From NCBI GenBank assembly GCA_016748015.1, contig JAAOMT010000786.1, positions 1 through 64,000 on the forward strand: 64,000 nt of DNA, in the 5' to 3' direction. Shown here in pieces: positions 62,735 through 64,000 of the stretch; position 1 is the first letter of the stretch; each line of letters starts with the position of its first letter. Below the pieces are notes generated by a model. It was not told where the DNA came from. It did not search any database and was given only the letters and a program-made list of their open reading frames with translations. The DNA is from Geosiphon pyriformis uo1. Taxonomy: Eukaryota; Fungi; Glomeromycota. Made by a program: the position numbers and the translations under genes.

Positions 62735-64000
62735 GCATACGTTCAATGCATTCTATTAATTTGCAAGCAGCCATCACAAATGTCAAAGATTTTGAACCCA
62801 CTGAACTCGAAGCTAACCATGCCCAAGCCATTAATCTAGTAATGAATGGATCATCTGAATTGGATTCCAAATTAAAACAATTTAGTGATTCCATCAATCA
62901 GAAATTAGAGAAATATTTAGTTAACAATTATGCAATTTATCAACCACCATAACAATACAATAATTCCAGAAATGCAAATTGTTTCCAGAATCAATTATGT
63001 CCATCATTGTCGACCAATCAACAGTGGCAACAAGAAATGTGTGCTTGCCACTATTGTGGTAAACAGGAACACCTACAAATTAACTGCCACTATTGCTTAA
63101 ATAACCAATGATCGGGAAATCAATATCGAAACCCCAATTGCCGGTTTTAAATTCTGAATAACCCACCAAACTCAGAACCATATCATCAGAATTACTTATT
63201 TATAATACAGCAGCCACCTTATCAACCACCAGTATATCAAACGCCAATTTATCAACCAATAATATCAGCAAATTATCAGTCACAGCCACAACCCATTTAT
63301 CAGCAGTAGCCTCAGGTAATATATCAGTCCCAACAAATTCAAACACCACCACAGAACTTACCTCAAAACAGAACCCAAAGGCCAAGATTGACCCAACAAA
63401 GCTGGAGATCATTGATGGTAGTCCACCAACCAATCTCCAGTTCTTTCACACAACCAGCAGGATTTTGACAATGGAATTTGGGCATCAAGTACACCCAACA
63501 CCCAAATTCCCAGAACTATTTAAGTCTACTGATTACCCCAGAAGATGCTTAACCCAATAACCTGGAAACCAACCAACACCCAATACTTACCAGCAACATT
63601 CCGCCAGCTACCATTACTGAAAACAAATTACTGGACACCATCTTCCCATTTGAACTTGAAAAACCGTCGACTACATTATTATTTAGTGGAGCCGCTCTGG
63701 AAGAAAAACTCATTACTGCCATGTACACTGATGCCAAAGTTGATGGCCATTCCATCAAACTGATCCTAGACAGTGAATCAGCTGGCAGCATTATTACAAA
63801 ACAACTCATGAACCAATTAGGTCACCAAGTTAATTATGCTGTCTGCACCAAAATCATAACTACCAATGGAGCAACCAAAACTTCCATTGGTAAGATTGAT
63901 GACTTCTCTTTTGAAGTCAATGGCATTATCATTCCCATCAAAGTTCTAGTGATAGAAGCAACCCAATATCAGGCATTAATAGAGAATGACTGGTTATCTA

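Larger units (their letters stand above)
58992..64000 (+). mobile_element. Ty3/gypsy LTR retrotransposon E (5' LTR, PBS, gag, protease; runs off window)
   Basis: LTR 58992-59873 related to B, PBS, Gag from 59936, CHYCGKQEHLQINC, LILDSES. Confidence 0.88.

Overview
Eukaryotic, very probably fungal, AT-rich DNA. The intron style and element types suggest an early-diverging fungus such as Glomeromycotina; this is inference. There is one host gene, a 7-exon myotubularin phosphoinositide 3-phosphatase on the minus strand (ATG at 2630, running off the left edge). The remaining ~60 kb is a transposon nest that can be reconstructed from target-site duplications (TSDs). It holds one full-length degenerate LINE (~3390-10200) and a second LINE split into three pieces (10535-12223, 45029-46242, 56440-58991) by Ty3/gypsy LTR elements A (12224-45028), D (46243-56439, minus) and E (58992->end). 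A contains a solo LTR and element B (17938-41016). B contains the youngest element C (21495-30378) and a cargo-carrying pogo/Tigger DNA transposon (34673-38937). E contains another solo LTR. The most notable biology is the shared, atypical organisation of the LTR elements: one Gag-PR-(Cys-rich)-dUTPase-(dUTPase-like)-RT-RNaseH frame that stops after RNase H, then integrase as a separate ORF, then a conserved non-Env ORF3 before the PPT. They also have 4-bp TSDs, an elongator-tRNA-Met-like PBS and a candidate GUG start. All repeats are eroded by C>T/G>A transitions. Element C contains two Nextera/Tn5 adapter sequences and gap-flanking duplications, which are assembly artefacts.
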